Below are positions 37,516-53,128 of a DNA stretch of 64,000 nt, piece after piece (position 1 is the first letter of the stretch; every line of letters starts with the position of its first letter). The notes below the pieces were generated by a model that had not been told where the DNA came from, did not search any database, and saw only the letters and a program-made list of their open reading frames with translations. Source of the DNA: Octopus vulgaris (lineage: Eukaryota); assembly GCA_951406725.2 (NCBI GenBank), contig OX597838.1, positions 15,314,001 through 15,378,000 of the forward strand, written 5' to 3'. The translations under genes were made by a program, and so were the position numbers.

Positions 37516-37830
37516 GTGCCGGTGGCACGTAAAAAGCACCATCCAATCGTGGCCATTGCCAGCCTCCCCTGGGCCCCGTGCCGGTGGCACGTAAAAAGCA
37601 CCATCTGATCGTGGCCGTTTGCCAGCCCCGTCTGGCAGTTGTGCCGGTGGCACGTAAAAAGCATCCTCTACACTCACGGAGTGGTTGAAGTTAGGAAGGG
37701 CATCCAGCCGTAGAAACATTGCCAGATCAGACTGGGCCTGGTGCAGCCTTCTGGCTTCCCAGACCCCAGTTGAACCGTCCAACCCATGCTAGTATGGAAA
37801 ACGGACGTTAAATGATGATGATGATGATGA
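37516..37830 (+). mobile_element. SINE-like family C with three internal units
   Basis: GTGCCGGTGGCACGTAAAAAGCA occurs three times, then the body and (GAT)n. Confidence 0.88.
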
Positions 37831-38369
37831 ATGCTGTCCACCTCAGTTTCCGTAGTGTCCGACATCACGTCAGTGGAGTGCGACCAAGGGTACTGACGCA
37901 ACAGTCTATCTCCCCTCTTCGAGCATTATGCTCCATAAAACCTATCTTCTGCTGCAGTGATTCAAGAGCCAAAAACGTAGAGAAGCGATGAGAAGAGGAC
38001 ATTTCCGAGAGGTCGGAAAGTGCTTACACTGAGGTTAATAATAGTAATAATAATTTTTTTCAGATTTGGCACAAAACCGACAATTTTTTTTTTAAAGGTG
38101 ATCTAAAGGTGTTAGTCGATGACATCAGCCCCAATACTTAATTGGTTGCTTATTTCATCGATCTTGACGGAATAAAAATCAAAGTTGACCTCGGTGGTAT
38201 TTTAACTCTGAAGCTGGCAGAATCGTTAGCGCGTCGGACAAAATACGTAGCGGTATTTCTTACGATTCATTACGTCCAGAGTTCAAATTCCGCCGTGGCC
38301 AGCTTTGCCCTTGATTCTCTCTGGATTGATGAAATAAGTACCAGCCAAGAACTGGAGTCAACGTAATAT

Positions 38370-39800
<1,431 letters not shown>

Positions 39801-39913
39801 TATATATACACACACACACGCGTACACACGTTGATATACATTCACTGACAAGCACACAGTTTCATTTCATATAACTTATACATTTATAGAGAGAGGATTA
39901 TACACATACACTG

Positions 39914-39955
<42 letters not shown>

Positions 39956-40275
39956 TATAGAACGTACACGCATTCATATTATCTCACATTTTTTTCACAT
40001 CTAAATTGTGTGTAAAAGCTTTTACTTTCCTATTTCCGTTATGACTTTGTAATTTTTCTTTTTGGAGAATTTAAAAGCTTTTCCGCTTTTGTATTTTTAA
40101 AATTATATTTCGAAATATCCATATTAGGTTTAAGGAAGTTTTTTTCTTCGTTTTCTTATTATTATTGAGAAAAAAAAAAAATAAATGAAATGAAAAAAAA
40201 AAAATCAGAAGCAAACTAAATTTAATAGAAACAACCTTAGCAGATTAAAATACATACGCACCTGAATATATTTCT

Positions 40276-40637
40276 GTGCGTGTCTATACAAATGTTAGTA
40301 TATGTACTGCGTATGTGCGTGTCTATACAAATGTTAGTATATGTACTGCGTATGTGCGTGTCTATACAAATGTTAGTATATGTACTGCGTGTGTGCGTGT
40401 CTATACAAATGTTAGTATATGTACTGCGTGTGTGCGTGTCTATACAAATGTTAGTATATGTACTGCGTGTGTGCGTGTCTATACAAATGTTAGTAATATG
40501 TACAGCGTATGTGCGTGTCTATACAAATGTTAGTATATGTGCGTGTCTATACAAATGTTAGTATATGTGCTGCGTATGTGCGTGTCTATACAAATGTTAG
40601 TATATGTACTGCGTATGTGTGCGTGTCTATATAAATG
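40276..40637. repeat. 39-bp minisatellite, ~9 copies
   Basis: Unit TGTGCGTGTCTATACAAATGTTAGTATATGTACTGCGT(A/G). The ORF track shows the 13-aa periodicity. Confidence 0.95.
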
Positions 40638-43198
40638 TATCATACGAACTATATAATGTCATAGTTTATGTACTGTAAAGTCGAGTAGTAAGAAAAAGAA
40701 ATGAGTTATTGAAGCAAGACCATCGTCATCACACACACACACACACACACACACTTGATTATATAAAGACTAGCAATGATTTTTCTATTTAGTTTCACCT
40801 CGACTACAAATATGTTTGTTTATTTTTTTCCCTTCCTGACACAGTTTGCTAGATACAAAAACTCTTCCAAAAACGTCAGAGCCATACTTTTTTTAATCTT
40901 TTTTTTTTTTGTTTTTACTTTTTAATTTTTGTCTCAGACAAGGTAGTATATTTGTCACACGCACTTTTGAAACACACCCACATCTCACTACATACAAACA
41001 TATATATATATATATATATATATATACACTCATACACATATGGAATATTCAAGCTGGAATTGCAGAGTAAAATATGCGATTTTTTAAAACCTACTATTTA
41101 TATATATGTATATATATATTTTTTTTCCCCTGCTTTTTTTCTGATAGTCACCTGATATTTTTTTTCGTCATACATAGAGATGTAGAGGTAACCAATCAAT
41201 CTAGAGTTTATACATACATATATAAAGATCTATATATATATAAAGATAGAGATGTGGAGTGCGAGAGAGATGCGATTGTTGGGGAAGTGTGTGTGTATAT
41301 GTGTGCGCATACATACGTATAAAAGGTGTGCTACACAAATTTTGCATTATCTCCCTTTTCCTATATGCAAGAGGCTGGAATCCTGACTTGAATTGAGGGA
41401 TCATTATTAAGTAGTGTATAGTAATAAAACTGGTCCCTTATTTTGTGCCCGCTCGTAATTTTTTTTCTTCTCTTCTTTTTCTCACTCATTGTCATTTAGC
41501 CACCCCCAAAATGGCGTCTGTTTGTGATTTTACGTTTCGTATGTTTGAGTGTGTGTGCGCACGTATACACCTGAGTGATTCATTAAAGCTGTGTACATAT
41601 GAACGAGAGAGCCTCTATGGGATCGCTCGGCCTGCTAAGCAGCTCCAATCTCTCTTATACGCCACACCCTATTGTGTGGGTAAATAAAAGGCCAGATTTA
41701 GGACATCTTCGATTTATAGGTGAACTGGATCGGAACTGATCTGAAGCTAAACAACGAGAAGGATTAAAAAAACAAAAATAGTGTGTTTAGTATAAGAAAT
41801 AAGACAAAATAAATCAGTAAGTTACATAGTGATAATTGATGAATTTCTTAACGTCACAAGGCTAAAAATTTGTAGGGAAAGGCATTGGTCTGTTAAATCG
41901 CTGTTGGTATTTAACAAGAGAATAATAGTCGTTTTTCTAGCATAGAGACATAACAGTGGGGAGGGGGTGTAGTCAATACCATGGGCCTAAGTAGTTATTG
42001 GTATTTATTTTATCGACCTTGAAAGAATGAAAAGCAAAGTTGACCACACCTGGATTTGAACTATGAACGTAAAGAACCAGAAGAAATGTGGCAAAGTATT
42101 TTGTCCAACGTTCATCAATTTTGCTGATCTACTACTCTATAATAATAGTAATGATGGTAATTGTTTCTAATTTAGGGACATGGCGGGGGGGGGGGGTTAA
42201 GAGTTAGTTGATGCCACCAAGTCCAGAACTTGACCAGTGTTTTATTTTATTGAACTTAAGACGAAAGGCAAAGTTTACTGACTCTAGCGGGATTTGAACA
42301 TAGAATGTAGGGAGCCGAAAAAATACAGCGAAGCCTTTTTTTCCAAAATGTTAATGGTTCTGCAAATCCACTAACAATTTAAAAAAAAAAATTTGTACTG
42401 GTTTCTTTTATAATAATATAGTTTAGCATAGTCAGTACTTTGGAGGGAAAGGCCCTGGTACTTTATTTCATTGACCCTCAAATGATAGAAGGCAAAGTTG
42501 AACTTAGTGGGATTTGAACTGATAATGTAAACCAGTGGTTCTCAACCTGAGTCCATATGGTCCTTGGGGGGTGGGGTTTACATAATATTTTGTTGTTAAA
42601 ATTTATATACAATAAATTGATTCTACTTCCACAAACACAAAATATCAAAAAAAAAATTTATACAATTCCTAATAATATTTCATTACATAAATACAGCAAC
42701 GGGTCCTCCATACCACACTGACCAGGCTTAGCCTCTTTTGAACACCCTATACTGGAGTGAGAGAATCCCTACAGTTTAAACAGCACTCAGATAGCCCACA
42801 AATGTGGCTTCTTTGGGAGAGACTACCATTTATGCGTCAGACTGTTCGGCTTACAGCCAGTGCTGTTCCAGTGGGGTGGACGACGAGGACATTTATCCAT
42901 GGTCATTAATGACAGATCAAGGTCTCAAGAAATATATACATGTCTATACACACACACATAGAAAATAATATGAGGACTGGGCACAATATAAACTGCATAG
43001 GCAAACTGGAAGCATACTGTTGACAGTTCCCATTAGGATGAAACTTTGTACTCTAGTGTTCTAGCTTTGCTTCGCTTATGGGGCAGTTATCTACCCTGTC
43101 AGTATATATAAATGTGCTTTTATGCAGCTATGAATGGTTTGACTCTTATTTATAGCAATATATGCACATGTGGTCACAATTAGTGACTACTAAATTTT

Positions 43199-43236
<38 letters not shown>

Positions 43237-43295
43237 TCTGTAAAAAACATAAATCCGAAAGAAGCAGCACACTCTAAGATGTAGAGCAGTGTATT

Positions 43296-43388
43296 ATATT
43301 AAAAATGGGAAAGGCTGGGATTACCTTAGGTTTCCTTTTATGGATGGAAAACCTAAGGTAATCCCATAAACTGGCCTTCCCCATTTTT

Positions 43389-43394
<6 letters not shown>
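43296..43394. repeat. ~100-bp imperfect palindrome next to (TA)n
   Basis: TTAAAAATGGG..TGGGATTACCTTAGGTTT and AAACCTAAGGTAATCCCA..CCCATTTTTAA. Confidence 0.85.
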
Positions 43395-43431
<37 letters not shown>

Positions 43432-44180
43432 AATACAAATATATGCACACACACATATGCATGTATGTATATATGTAGTTCAAATTTACAGAAAACAAAA
43501 GACAGTAACTGGTGAAGGGATAAACAAGGAGGCGTAATTAGTTTGCCTCTCAGGAAGAATGGAAAAGACTTTCACATTTGGAGCCTATGCTCTTTAACAG
43601 AAAGGGCCAGCAGGAAAAAATGGAGAGAGAATGTAAAAAAGTTCAGAAACTTCTGAAGTTGTAGATTAGTGTGATATGTATTAAGAAAAGTAGCCAGTAA
43701 GATTCATGATTCTAGAGTCTGAATATATATGTGTGTGTGTATGGCCATGCTTGATTGCTAAATCCACAAGTTTTTTTTATTCTGTCTCTGTTTAATTTCT
43801 CTCATTCCTTTCTGTTGAAGAGCATAGGCTCAAAATGTAAAAGACTTTCTAACTTTCTTGAGCATCAAACTAATACAACTGCTTGTTATTCATTCACCTG
43901 TCTTCGTCATATATATGCATGTGTGTGTGTGTGTGTATGTATATATGTGTGTGTATATGTGTGTATGTATATGTATGTGTGTGTGTATGTATATATATGT
44001 ACATATGTGTATGTATGTGTCTGTATTTATATGTATATGTGAGTATGTATATATATATGTTTATATATGTCTGTGTTTATATATGTATATATGTGTCTAT
44101 ATATATATGTATGTGTATATATGTATGTATATGTGTATATATATGTATATATGTGTGTGTGTGTATATGTTTATATATAT

Positions 44181-44572
44181 GCAGAGGCAATACCGTGTGG
44201 TAGGAAGCTTGCTTCCCAATCACATGGTTCCGGGTTCAGTCCCAATGCATGGTACTTTGGCCAAGTATCTTCTATAACCTTGAACCAATCAAAGCCTTGT
44301 AAGTAAATTTGGTAGACAGAAACTGAATGAAGCCCAGTGTGTGAGTGTGTGTGTTGTTGTTCTGACTGATTGTCCCCCCATTCACTGCTTGACAACCGGT
44401 GTTGGTGTGCTTACGTCCCCATAACTCAGCACTTTAGCATAAGAAACTGAGAAAATAAGTACTAGGTTTTTAAAAAAAGTTAGTCCTGGGGTCCTTTTGT
44501 ATGACTAAAACCTCTCAAGATGGTGTTCTGGCATGGCCGCAGTCAAATGACTGAAACAAATAAAAGAATAAA
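44181..44572 (+). mobile_element. SINE family A (diverged)
   Basis: Matches 4811-5198. Confidence 0.8.
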
Positions 44573-45284
44573 GGATATATATGTACAGAGAGAGAGAGAG
44601 AGATAGAATCCTTGAACACAGGAGGGCTATGTAGACAGCTTAGAAAATCAGGTAAATACCCTTCAGAAGATGAACAGTGGCCAGAAAGCCTCCACAGAGA
44701 ATCGAACCCTGCACCACCCATACACATATAAATATCTGTTCTTTTTCTTAATGATTTGTCAACTTCACAGAAATTTAATTCTTGAGATTATCTCCCCTTT
44801 TTATATGGAGTTTTCTCAATTGCCAGTTTGCTTATTGTAAACACATCCCCTTGAGGCTGACATAATTTTTGAAAGATTCAAATGTTTATTTTGTATATCT
44901 GTCTGTATATCTACCTGTCTTTTAGTCTAAATGTGTGTGTGTCCGCATGCATGTGAATATTGATATACTACAATGAAACAGAAATGTGATGTTTCCACTG
45001 GTTGTTGACATCACTACCAGTAGCTTCCCATTTTGAAAGAGCTATGGAATAAAAAAAAAACATCCTTTATTTAGAAAACAGGTAACATTTAGTGGCAGGA
45101 AAGGCATCCACCAGTAAAATGTTGTCTAATTTAACTCCCTGTCAAGCTTAGTTAAGTTATGAACAATGGATGTTGAATGAAAGACCTTTACATAATCGCA
45201 TGCAGTTGTATCCCAATTGTTTCTGTAATCTTAATCCAACTTAGCAACATGACTTTTTCATCTTCTAGTGTGTCACACTAAGTT

Positions 45285-46440
45285 ATTGTGTTAATAAATC
45301 AAGTACACTTAGTGTGGTTTACTGTGTTAATAAGTCTAGTACAGTTGTTGTAGTTGGTTTTGTTAAAACTATTATTTCTGTGGTTTGTTACGTAAGTAAA
45401 CTTGTAATTATAGCAGCTTATAGTGTTAATAAACTCATACCTCATATATTATTAATGATAAACGTAGTATAATTATTTTGGCTTTTGCTGTTAATAAACT
45501 TGTAATTAACATGGTTTTATGTTAATAAACTTTGTATTATTGCAGTTTGTGTTGACAAACCTAGTATCATTACTGTAGTTTGTGTTAGTAGGCCTAGCAT
45601 CATTACTATGCCTTGTTAAAATACCTAGTATTATTATTATTATGGTTTGATACAGGTGGTCAGCTAACAGAATCATTAGCACTCCAGGCAAAATGCTTAG
45701 TGGCATTTCATCCATCCTTATGTTCTAAGTTCAAATTTCACTGAGGTCAACTTTACTTTCATCCTTTTGGGGTTGTTGGAATAAATACCAGTTGAACACT
45801 GGGGTTCATTTAATCCCTGAAATCACTGGCTTTTTGCCAAAATTTGAAACCATTGTTGTTGTTGTTGTTATTATTATTATTATTATTGTTAGGGTAGCAA
45901 CCTGGCAAGATCATTACTGTGCTGGACAGCAACATTTCATCTGTCTTCATGTTGAGTTCAAATTCCCTCAAGGTCAGCTTTGCCTTTCATCCTTTCAGGG
46001 TTGATGAAATAAGTACTGGTTATGCATTGGGGTCGATGTGATCGACTAACCCCTCTCCCAGAATTTCAGACCTTGTGCCTATAGTAAAAAGGATTATTAT
46101 GCTTTGTTAACAAGCCTATCACTAAAACTAGTGTAATGACTGTGGGGTGTTGTTTTAAACTTGTAACTGTGGTTTCTTGTGTTAATGTATCTATAATTGC
46201 TATAGTCTAGTATGTTAATAAACCTAGTATTTTTACTATGATTTCTTGTGTTGATATACCTAGTATTATTATTACTGTGGTTTGTTAATAAACCTATCAT
46301 TTCTTTTGTGCTAATACATCTAGTATAATTACTTTTGTTTGTGTTCATAAACCTAGTATGATTGTTGTAGTTTGTGATCTAAATAAGTATAATCACTTCT
46401 GTCTGTGGTGTTGATGAACCCATCATAATCACTGTGGTTG
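45285..46440. repeat. Degenerate ~31-bp minisatellite split by two family D SINEs (45655-45850, 45893-46100)
   Basis: Consensus ~GTTAATAAACCTAGTATTATTACTGTGGTTT at 45285-45645 and 46100-46440. Confidence 0.75.
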
Positions 46441-46507
46441 CTAATATGGAGCTTAAATGTTTAAACCAAATGTCATTTTATTCTCTGTACTACAAATTAT
46501 AATAATG

Positions 46508-46711
46508 ATTTCAAATTTTGGAACTAGGCCAGCAAGTTTAGGGGAGGGGATAAGGTGATTATGTCAACCCCAGTGATCAATTGGTACTTATTTTAGCGAC
46601 CCTGAAAGGATGAAAGGCAAAGGTGTCCCCAGTGGCATTTGAACTCAGAAGAGTTGGAAGAAATGTTGTTAAGCATTTTCCCCCGGCACACTAATGATTA
46701 TGCCAGCTCAC

Positions 46712-46744
<33 letters not shown>

Positions 46745-46918
46745 CCTTTCTATTATAGGCACAAGGCCTGAAATTTGGGGGAGATACTTAATTTATCGAC
46801 CCTGAAAGGATGAAAGGCAAAATCGACCTCAGCAGAATTTGAACTTAGAACATAACAACAGACAAAATACCGCTAAGCATTTTGTGTTGTATGCTAATGA
46901 TTCTGCCAGCTTGCCACC

Positions 46919-46956
<38 letters not shown>

Positions 46957-47765
46957 GGTCTGTATAATATATATAACAGTCAAGTAGGTGCAGGTGTGGC
47001 TGTGTGGTAAGAATCTTGCTTCCCAACTTGATGGTTCTGGTTTTAGTTCTACTGTATGGCACCTTGGTCAAGTAAGTGTCTTCTACTATAGCCTCGGGCT
47101 GACCAAAGCCTTGTGAGTGGATTTGGTAGGCAGAAACTGAAAGAAGCTTGTCATGTGTGTGTTTGTCTGTGTTTGTCTCCTACCACTGCTTGACAACTGG
47201 TGTAGGTTTGTTTTTTTTCCCTATAGCTTAGTGGTTCAGCAAAAGAGACTAATTGAATAAGTACCAGGCTTAAAAGAAAAAAAAGCTATTGGAGTTGGTT
47301 CATTTGGCTAAAAATTCTTCAAGGCAGTGCCCTAGCATGGCTGCAGTCTAATGAGTGAAACAAGTAAAAGATAAAAGATGTACTCTGGTTGAGTTAATAA
47401 AATGTGTCCTTCTCCAGAAGTTGTGGTCTTAGCCACAACATTAGGAATCATTATTGCTAAGACAGTGGTGGTAAAGCAGAAATGGTTAGCACAGTGGACT
47501 GAATGCTGTACAAATTGTAGTTTTAGATTCTCCTTTTACATTAAGTTCAAATAATATTTATTTCTTTATTGCCAACAGGGGGCTAAACATAGAGGGGACA
47601 AACAAGGACAGACAAAGAGATTAAGTCGATTACATCGACCCCAGTGTGTAACTGGTACTAATTTATCAACCCTGAAAGGATGAAAGGCAAAGTCAACCAC
47701 GGCGGAATATGAGCTCAGAACGTAAAGACAGACAAAATACCGCTAAGCATTTCATCCCGTGTGCT
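46508..47765. mobile_element. SINE cluster: D 46508-46718(-), D 46743-46920(-), A 46986-47378(+), D 47557-47765(-)
   Basis: Family bodies, with (AAT)n tracts between the first copies. Confidence 0.8.
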
Positions 47766-47877
47766 GATGGCAGTATATATGCTTCACCTCTAAATCTTCA
47801 AGGGCAGGAGGGGGGGCATATGAGCACGTATACACACACACATAGCTGCCCCCACTAGATGTTTGCTGTCTCCCTCC

Positions 47878-47909
<32 letters not shown>

Positions 47910-48125
47910 GGTTCCTTCCAAATGTAGGCCATAACAGCTGTCTAATTATAAATTATTACTAAACAAAACCTATCTGTTGAGAAATTAAAGGTCAGATGAA
48001 TGTTGTGTGTAATAATATTTATCATTTCTTCATACTAAACCAACCTCATCAAATTCATTATTCCACGGATGAGGGAATATGAAAAACTATTTTCTCATGA
48101 TTTCATTGATATCTCTTGTGAGCAG

Positions 48126-48166
<41 letters not shown>

Positions 48167-48924
48167 GAGTGTTTCATTTTCATTTCTGTTTCCTATGAAA
48201 CTTGGAAATTGCATTAAAAATGCATTGGATTTGATTATCCGTAACTGTTTATTGGATGATGAGGATTAACACCAAGTTAGCCTTGATTTGGAATTTCTAT
48301 TGCCAAAGGTACTGAAACCTTGATCATCCATGTTGTTTATATTTTTAAGGTATAATGTATTCAGGATTACTACTTCTTTAATCCCTAGTTGGAGAGGGAG
48401 GTTGTCCTCTTAAGCAATACATTGCTGTGGGTGTCACTAAATGATGGATTCTAGTGATGATGCTACTCCTCATTTTCCAATTCATGGCACTGGCCTTAGC
48501 ATGCCCGAGGTCAAAGTGCGGTGACTTTAGGTCTTCCTCAATTTGTTTTGCCCTTGTCTTCTTTGGTGCAACCACAAAAGTCGGTGTGGCAGTTTTGGTG
48601 ACATTGTTCTCAGATGTTGTTGTTTAAGATTAGAGAGACACCAAGGATCTGCTGAAGACACTGCATTTGAAATTACACTATCCAGGATGCATAGTGTCTC
48701 CTTTTCCATTTTTAAAACACTTTTGATGAGATTCAAAGGAAATTTGACTACCATTTCTACTAGGTTGAGCCATCATGTACAGATTCTTGCATTATTAGTA
48801 TGATCAGTGTGGTTGTGTATTATTGAGTCACTCTTGCTACACATTCCAACACACCTATCATTTTTTTATATGGTTGTTCATTGTCTTTTTAGCCCAGGTC
48901 AACTCTATGATTACAGCTATGGGG

Positions 48925-49205
48925 GGCCGTCTGCCAGCCTCGTCTGGCACCTGTGTCGGTGGCACATAAAAAAAACACCATCCGAGCGTGGCCGTCTGCC
49001 AGCCTCGTCTGGCACCTGTGTCGGTGGCACATAAAATCACCCACTACACTCTCGGAGTGGTTGGCGTTAGGAAAGGGCATCCAGCTGTAGAAACACTGCC
49101 AGATCTGACTGGCCTGGTGTAGCCTTCGGGCTTGCCAGACCCCAGTTGAACCGTCCAACCCATGCTAGCATGGAAAGCGGATGTTAAACGATGATGATGA
49201 TGATC
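48925..49205 (+). mobile_element. SINE-like family C
   Basis: Two internal units, body and (GAT)n. Further copies at 51072-51273(+) and, diverged, 50571-50880(-). Confidence 0.85.
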
Positions 49206-51462
49206 ATCATCATCATCAGTTCTTTTCTTTTGTGTGTGTTTTTATTAAACATAGTAGTCTAATCTACATTTGTGTGGTGTGGTAGAACATGGTGGTGGTG
49301 ATGTTTAACCGGCCATATCTGGCCCAAATATTTTACATGTTTTATGCTCAAACCATCTAGATCTGGCTTCTCACTCCTATCCTACTATGTCGTTCTAAAA
49401 ATGAATAATCACATCATCAAATTCTCAAAGCTGTAAGAGTATGCATGGTTAATTCAAAACAATGTGACTAAATAAGCTTTAGACTTGAATTCTAATAGGT
49501 TAACTACAAGTCTGCCCTGAAGCTGTAGCCTCCTGATCAAAGATGTTTCCCATACCATTAATTTAAAAGCAATCTTTTAAAGGTCATCACTATACCTCTT
49601 CCAGTAACAGTTGACATATCAACAAGAGAGCCTCCATGAGGCTGCTCAACCTGCAGAAAATAGCAAGAAAATTTTCTCAAACCACATCTTATTGTAATTA
49701 AAAAAGGTGGAACCAATTGGATAATCCAGTCTTCAATGTACTGCTTGAAATACAGACAAATTGGTAATGCCTGGAATACTTTTGATCTTAGGCCTATTAG
49801 ATAATGACTGATGGACTTAGAACTTAAACAGCAACAACATTTTGATAACTTTCTGAATTTCTTCTATCTCATTCCCATTTATTATTCCCTAGACACTGTA
49901 TGTACCCTTCTTCCAATACCTATTCAACCCACTTCTCTTTGTTAATGGTCCAACAAAGGGTCTGGCCTGAAATGTTACTCTTCCACTTTTTTTATGCACA
50001 CTTTATTCATTTCTTAATGTTTTTTAGAACAACCTCCTGATTTTGCTAAATTGAGGTCTGAAATAAGTATGGCCATGTGATTAAGAACTCTGCTTTGCAT
50101 CCACGATGTCTACTGTTGGTTTGGCTCGACCAATACTTTGTGAGTGGTATTTTGGTTGATGGAAACTATAAGGAAGACCATTGTGTATGTTTTTACCAAG
50201 CATAGTGATCTAGGTCTCAGAGACTGTCTTTATGGTAACACTGCTTAAAACCCAGTGCTGTTGGATATTTTCCATACATTAATGGTTTAACAAATAGATA
50301 TCAATATGGCAGCAGTCTTAAAGTTAAATGCTGGAGTCAAATCTGATTCACCCTGTTCCAGACTATATATATATATATGAGTGTATATGTGTGTGTGTGT
50401 GTATATAAAGGGTGTGATCTTTTGTATTAGGTACATATAATGGTGGACAACAAATTGAAAGGAAAATAACTGCCAAGTCATTATACAGTCAGATTTATCT
50501 TGCAATCCAAAATATCTCATTTCATGGAACATTAGCAAACCTTTTTCTTTCTGCTTCTCTCCATTCCATATCATCATCATCATCATTGTTTAACACCTGC
50601 CTTCCATGCTAGCTTGAGTAGGAAGGTTTCACAAGAGCTGGCCCGCAGAAATCTGCACTAGACTTTCTGTGACTGTTTTAGCAGGATTTTTACAGCTGGA
50701 TGCCCTAACACCAGCCACTCAACAGAGTGGACTTAGTGCTTTTTGTGTGGCACAAGCACAAGTGAGGTCAGTTTTGGCAAGGTTTTTTTTACAGCTGGAT
50801 GCCCTTCCGAACACCAACCACTTTACAGCGTGGAGTGGATGCTTTTAAGTGGCGCCTGCACTGACAGGATCACCAAGTACTTACAAGACAAAAAAAAAAG
50901 AAAATTTCAGGAGGGGAGGGGACATTGGAGGAGGTGATCTTGTGTTGGATGATGAAAGGTTATAGTGATATTTGTGTGTGTGTGTCTATGAATTTGTATA
51001 TGAATTACATAGTTGTCCCCATCATAATGGCTACTTACAACATCACACACTCTCATACATTAAGCACAGGTAGCCTCATCTGGCACCTGTGCCGGTGGCA
51101 CGTAAAAAGCACCCACTACACTCATGGAGTGGTTGGTGTTAGGAAGGGCATCCAGCCATAGAAACATTGCCAGATCAGACTGGGCCTGGTGCAGCCTTCT
51201 GGCTTCCCAGATCCCAGTTGAACCGTCCAACCCATGCCAGCATGGAAAGCGGACGCTAAATGATGATGATGATGTATGGAACTTTTAACAATCTCATCTC
51301 AGATTATTTTCAAGAGTTTACTTGGTACCATTATCACAAACATAAGGTTTGAGTGGATTTTCTACGAATTAAAGACTGGTTTTATTGTATAGTAGTTTGG
51401 CATATTTCTTTCCAATTTGTTGTGTATCAAATGAAAGATTGCTGAAAAGCCTGTAGACATGT

Positions 51463-51863
51463 AGAGGCAGGTGTGGCTGTGGTAAGAAGCTTGCTTCCCA
51501 ATCACATGATTCTCAGTTTTGTCTCACTGCATGGCACCTTAAGCAAGTGTTTTCTATTATAGCCTCTAGCTGACCAAAGCCTTGTGAGTGGATTTGGTTG
51601 ATGGAAACTAAAAGAAGCCCATTATCTATATATATTTACATGTGTGTGTCTGTGTTTGTTCCCCCTCCTCTGCTCATCACTTAACAACAAATGTTGGTGT
51701 GTTTACATTCCTGTAACTTAGCAGTTTGCCAAAAGAAATGAATAGAATAAGTACCAAGCTTCTGAAAAAGTGAGTCCTGGGGTGATTTATTCAACAAAGA
51801 CCTTTCAAGGTGTTAACCCAGCATGGCCACAGTCAAATGACTGAAACAGATGAAAGATAAAAG
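51463..51863 (+). mobile_element. SINE family A (diverged)
   Basis: Matches 4811-5198. Confidence 0.8.
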
Positions 51864-52806
51864 GCTTGTGCACATGTTTATATATGTGTGTGTGTGTGTT
51901 TTACCAATATATAAAGGTAAAATATGTAAACATTATAGAGAAACAGAAAAACTAGTACTGTCAAATAAAAATACCCTTGGTAATATTTGTTCCTAACCAA
52001 GTTCCACAGACAATCCCTTATCCCTCTCACTGTCAGTAATGTTATGAACTGATGACTAGTTCATTGGAAACCTGTAACCACCAACGCTATTGTTCACCAA
52101 ATACAATATATAAAATAATAGGGTTAAATAAAACGAGTCTTTTCTAAGTTAGTTGCTTATTATTAAATATTTATTGTATTTATGATTCATTAATCCATAT
52201 TGTCTCATTTAAACCAACCAATTAACCAACCACCTAACCACCCAGCCATACACGTTCATGGTTTCTAGTATTGTCCTCTCCACCTGAGTTTCAACTTTTG
52301 TTCTGCTGTTTTGCTCTAGATTAAGTTTTCTCTCATGAGAGCCGAATTGTCTATAAAATAAGAATAAAAAAAGTGTGTATATTGAGAAATCAGTCATTGG
52401 ATGAACTAAATCTAGAAATATTTACAAATATATATCTATAATATCTATTTTTTCTTTGTCATATAATTTTATTCTTTTGTGTTCCAGCCCAAATGTTGTG
52501 GCCATGCTAGAGCATATATATTATATGTATGTGTACGCACACGCACACACTCTCTCTCACATGTATTTATTATTTTTATACTAGAATGTTTCCATCGCTG
52601 CTCATTACTGCCATTACTTCATCTTCTGTTTTGTTGTTTCTGTTTGAGCTTTGGCTCCTTAGAATGGTTTAGCCTTGAGCTGTGTTTTACTGGGGTTATT
52701 TCTTTATTCAAATAATTTTTCTACAAACAAAACTTCAACCACTTAGTTATCATTATCATCAATATCACCTTCATCTACTTTATCTTTTATCTACTTATAT
52801 TAGTGA

Positions 52807-53128
52807 CTAGCAGCATAGCCCAGCGTTGCCCGGGTATGTAAGAACCTCTAGTAGGCAACGACTTGCGGCTGCAGCTGCGATCAGTAGAAGTATGCCAAGG
52901 TTATGTTGTCTGGTCATGTTTTGTCTCGTTGACTGCTTGAAGTGGTGGAATTTATACATTTTTTTCAGAACTGGGGGAGCATTTCAAAATTTTCGCTGCG
53001 TTAGTTTTGAATTATGACATTGGGCTATATGTGTGTCAAGTTTCATCAGAATCGGTTGAAAGCCGTGGTCAGGGTGAGGGTACAACCTGACAGACACACA
53101 GACAGACAACCTGCCTTTTATATATAGA
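52807..53128 (-). mobile_element. Non-autonomous Helitron
   Basis: Minus strand starts TCTATATATAAAAGG and ends with the hairpin CCCGGGCAACGCTGGG followed by CTAG|T. Confidence 0.75.

Larger units (their letters stand above)
36480..38025 (-). mobile_element. Decayed L1/Tx1-clade ORF2 (RT and downstream region), interrupted by SINEs D and C
   Basis: Frameshifted motifs in the expected order: SSLLYVLALESL, YVTVTGARNNQEKSVGL, NWDQVTSRV, LTRLECLHFRFL*KRYVPLVRRS, HAFKLQRLQ..WTPFVRYVFPQL. Confidence 0.7.

Noticed and set aside
37516-37665. CRISPR-like palindromic 23-bp repeats with ~35-bp spacers
   Set aside because: The spacers are similar to each other, the array is part of dispersed family C, the context is eukaryotic and there are no cas genes.
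41506-41520. YY1-like AAAATGGCG motif
   Set aside because: A single short motif with no supporting promoter or exon context.
44655-44700. Hammerhead-like CAGAAGA...GAAAGCCTC (similar weak cases near 9097-9135 and 62358-62385)
   Set aside because: Core boxes and stems are too degenerate to support.
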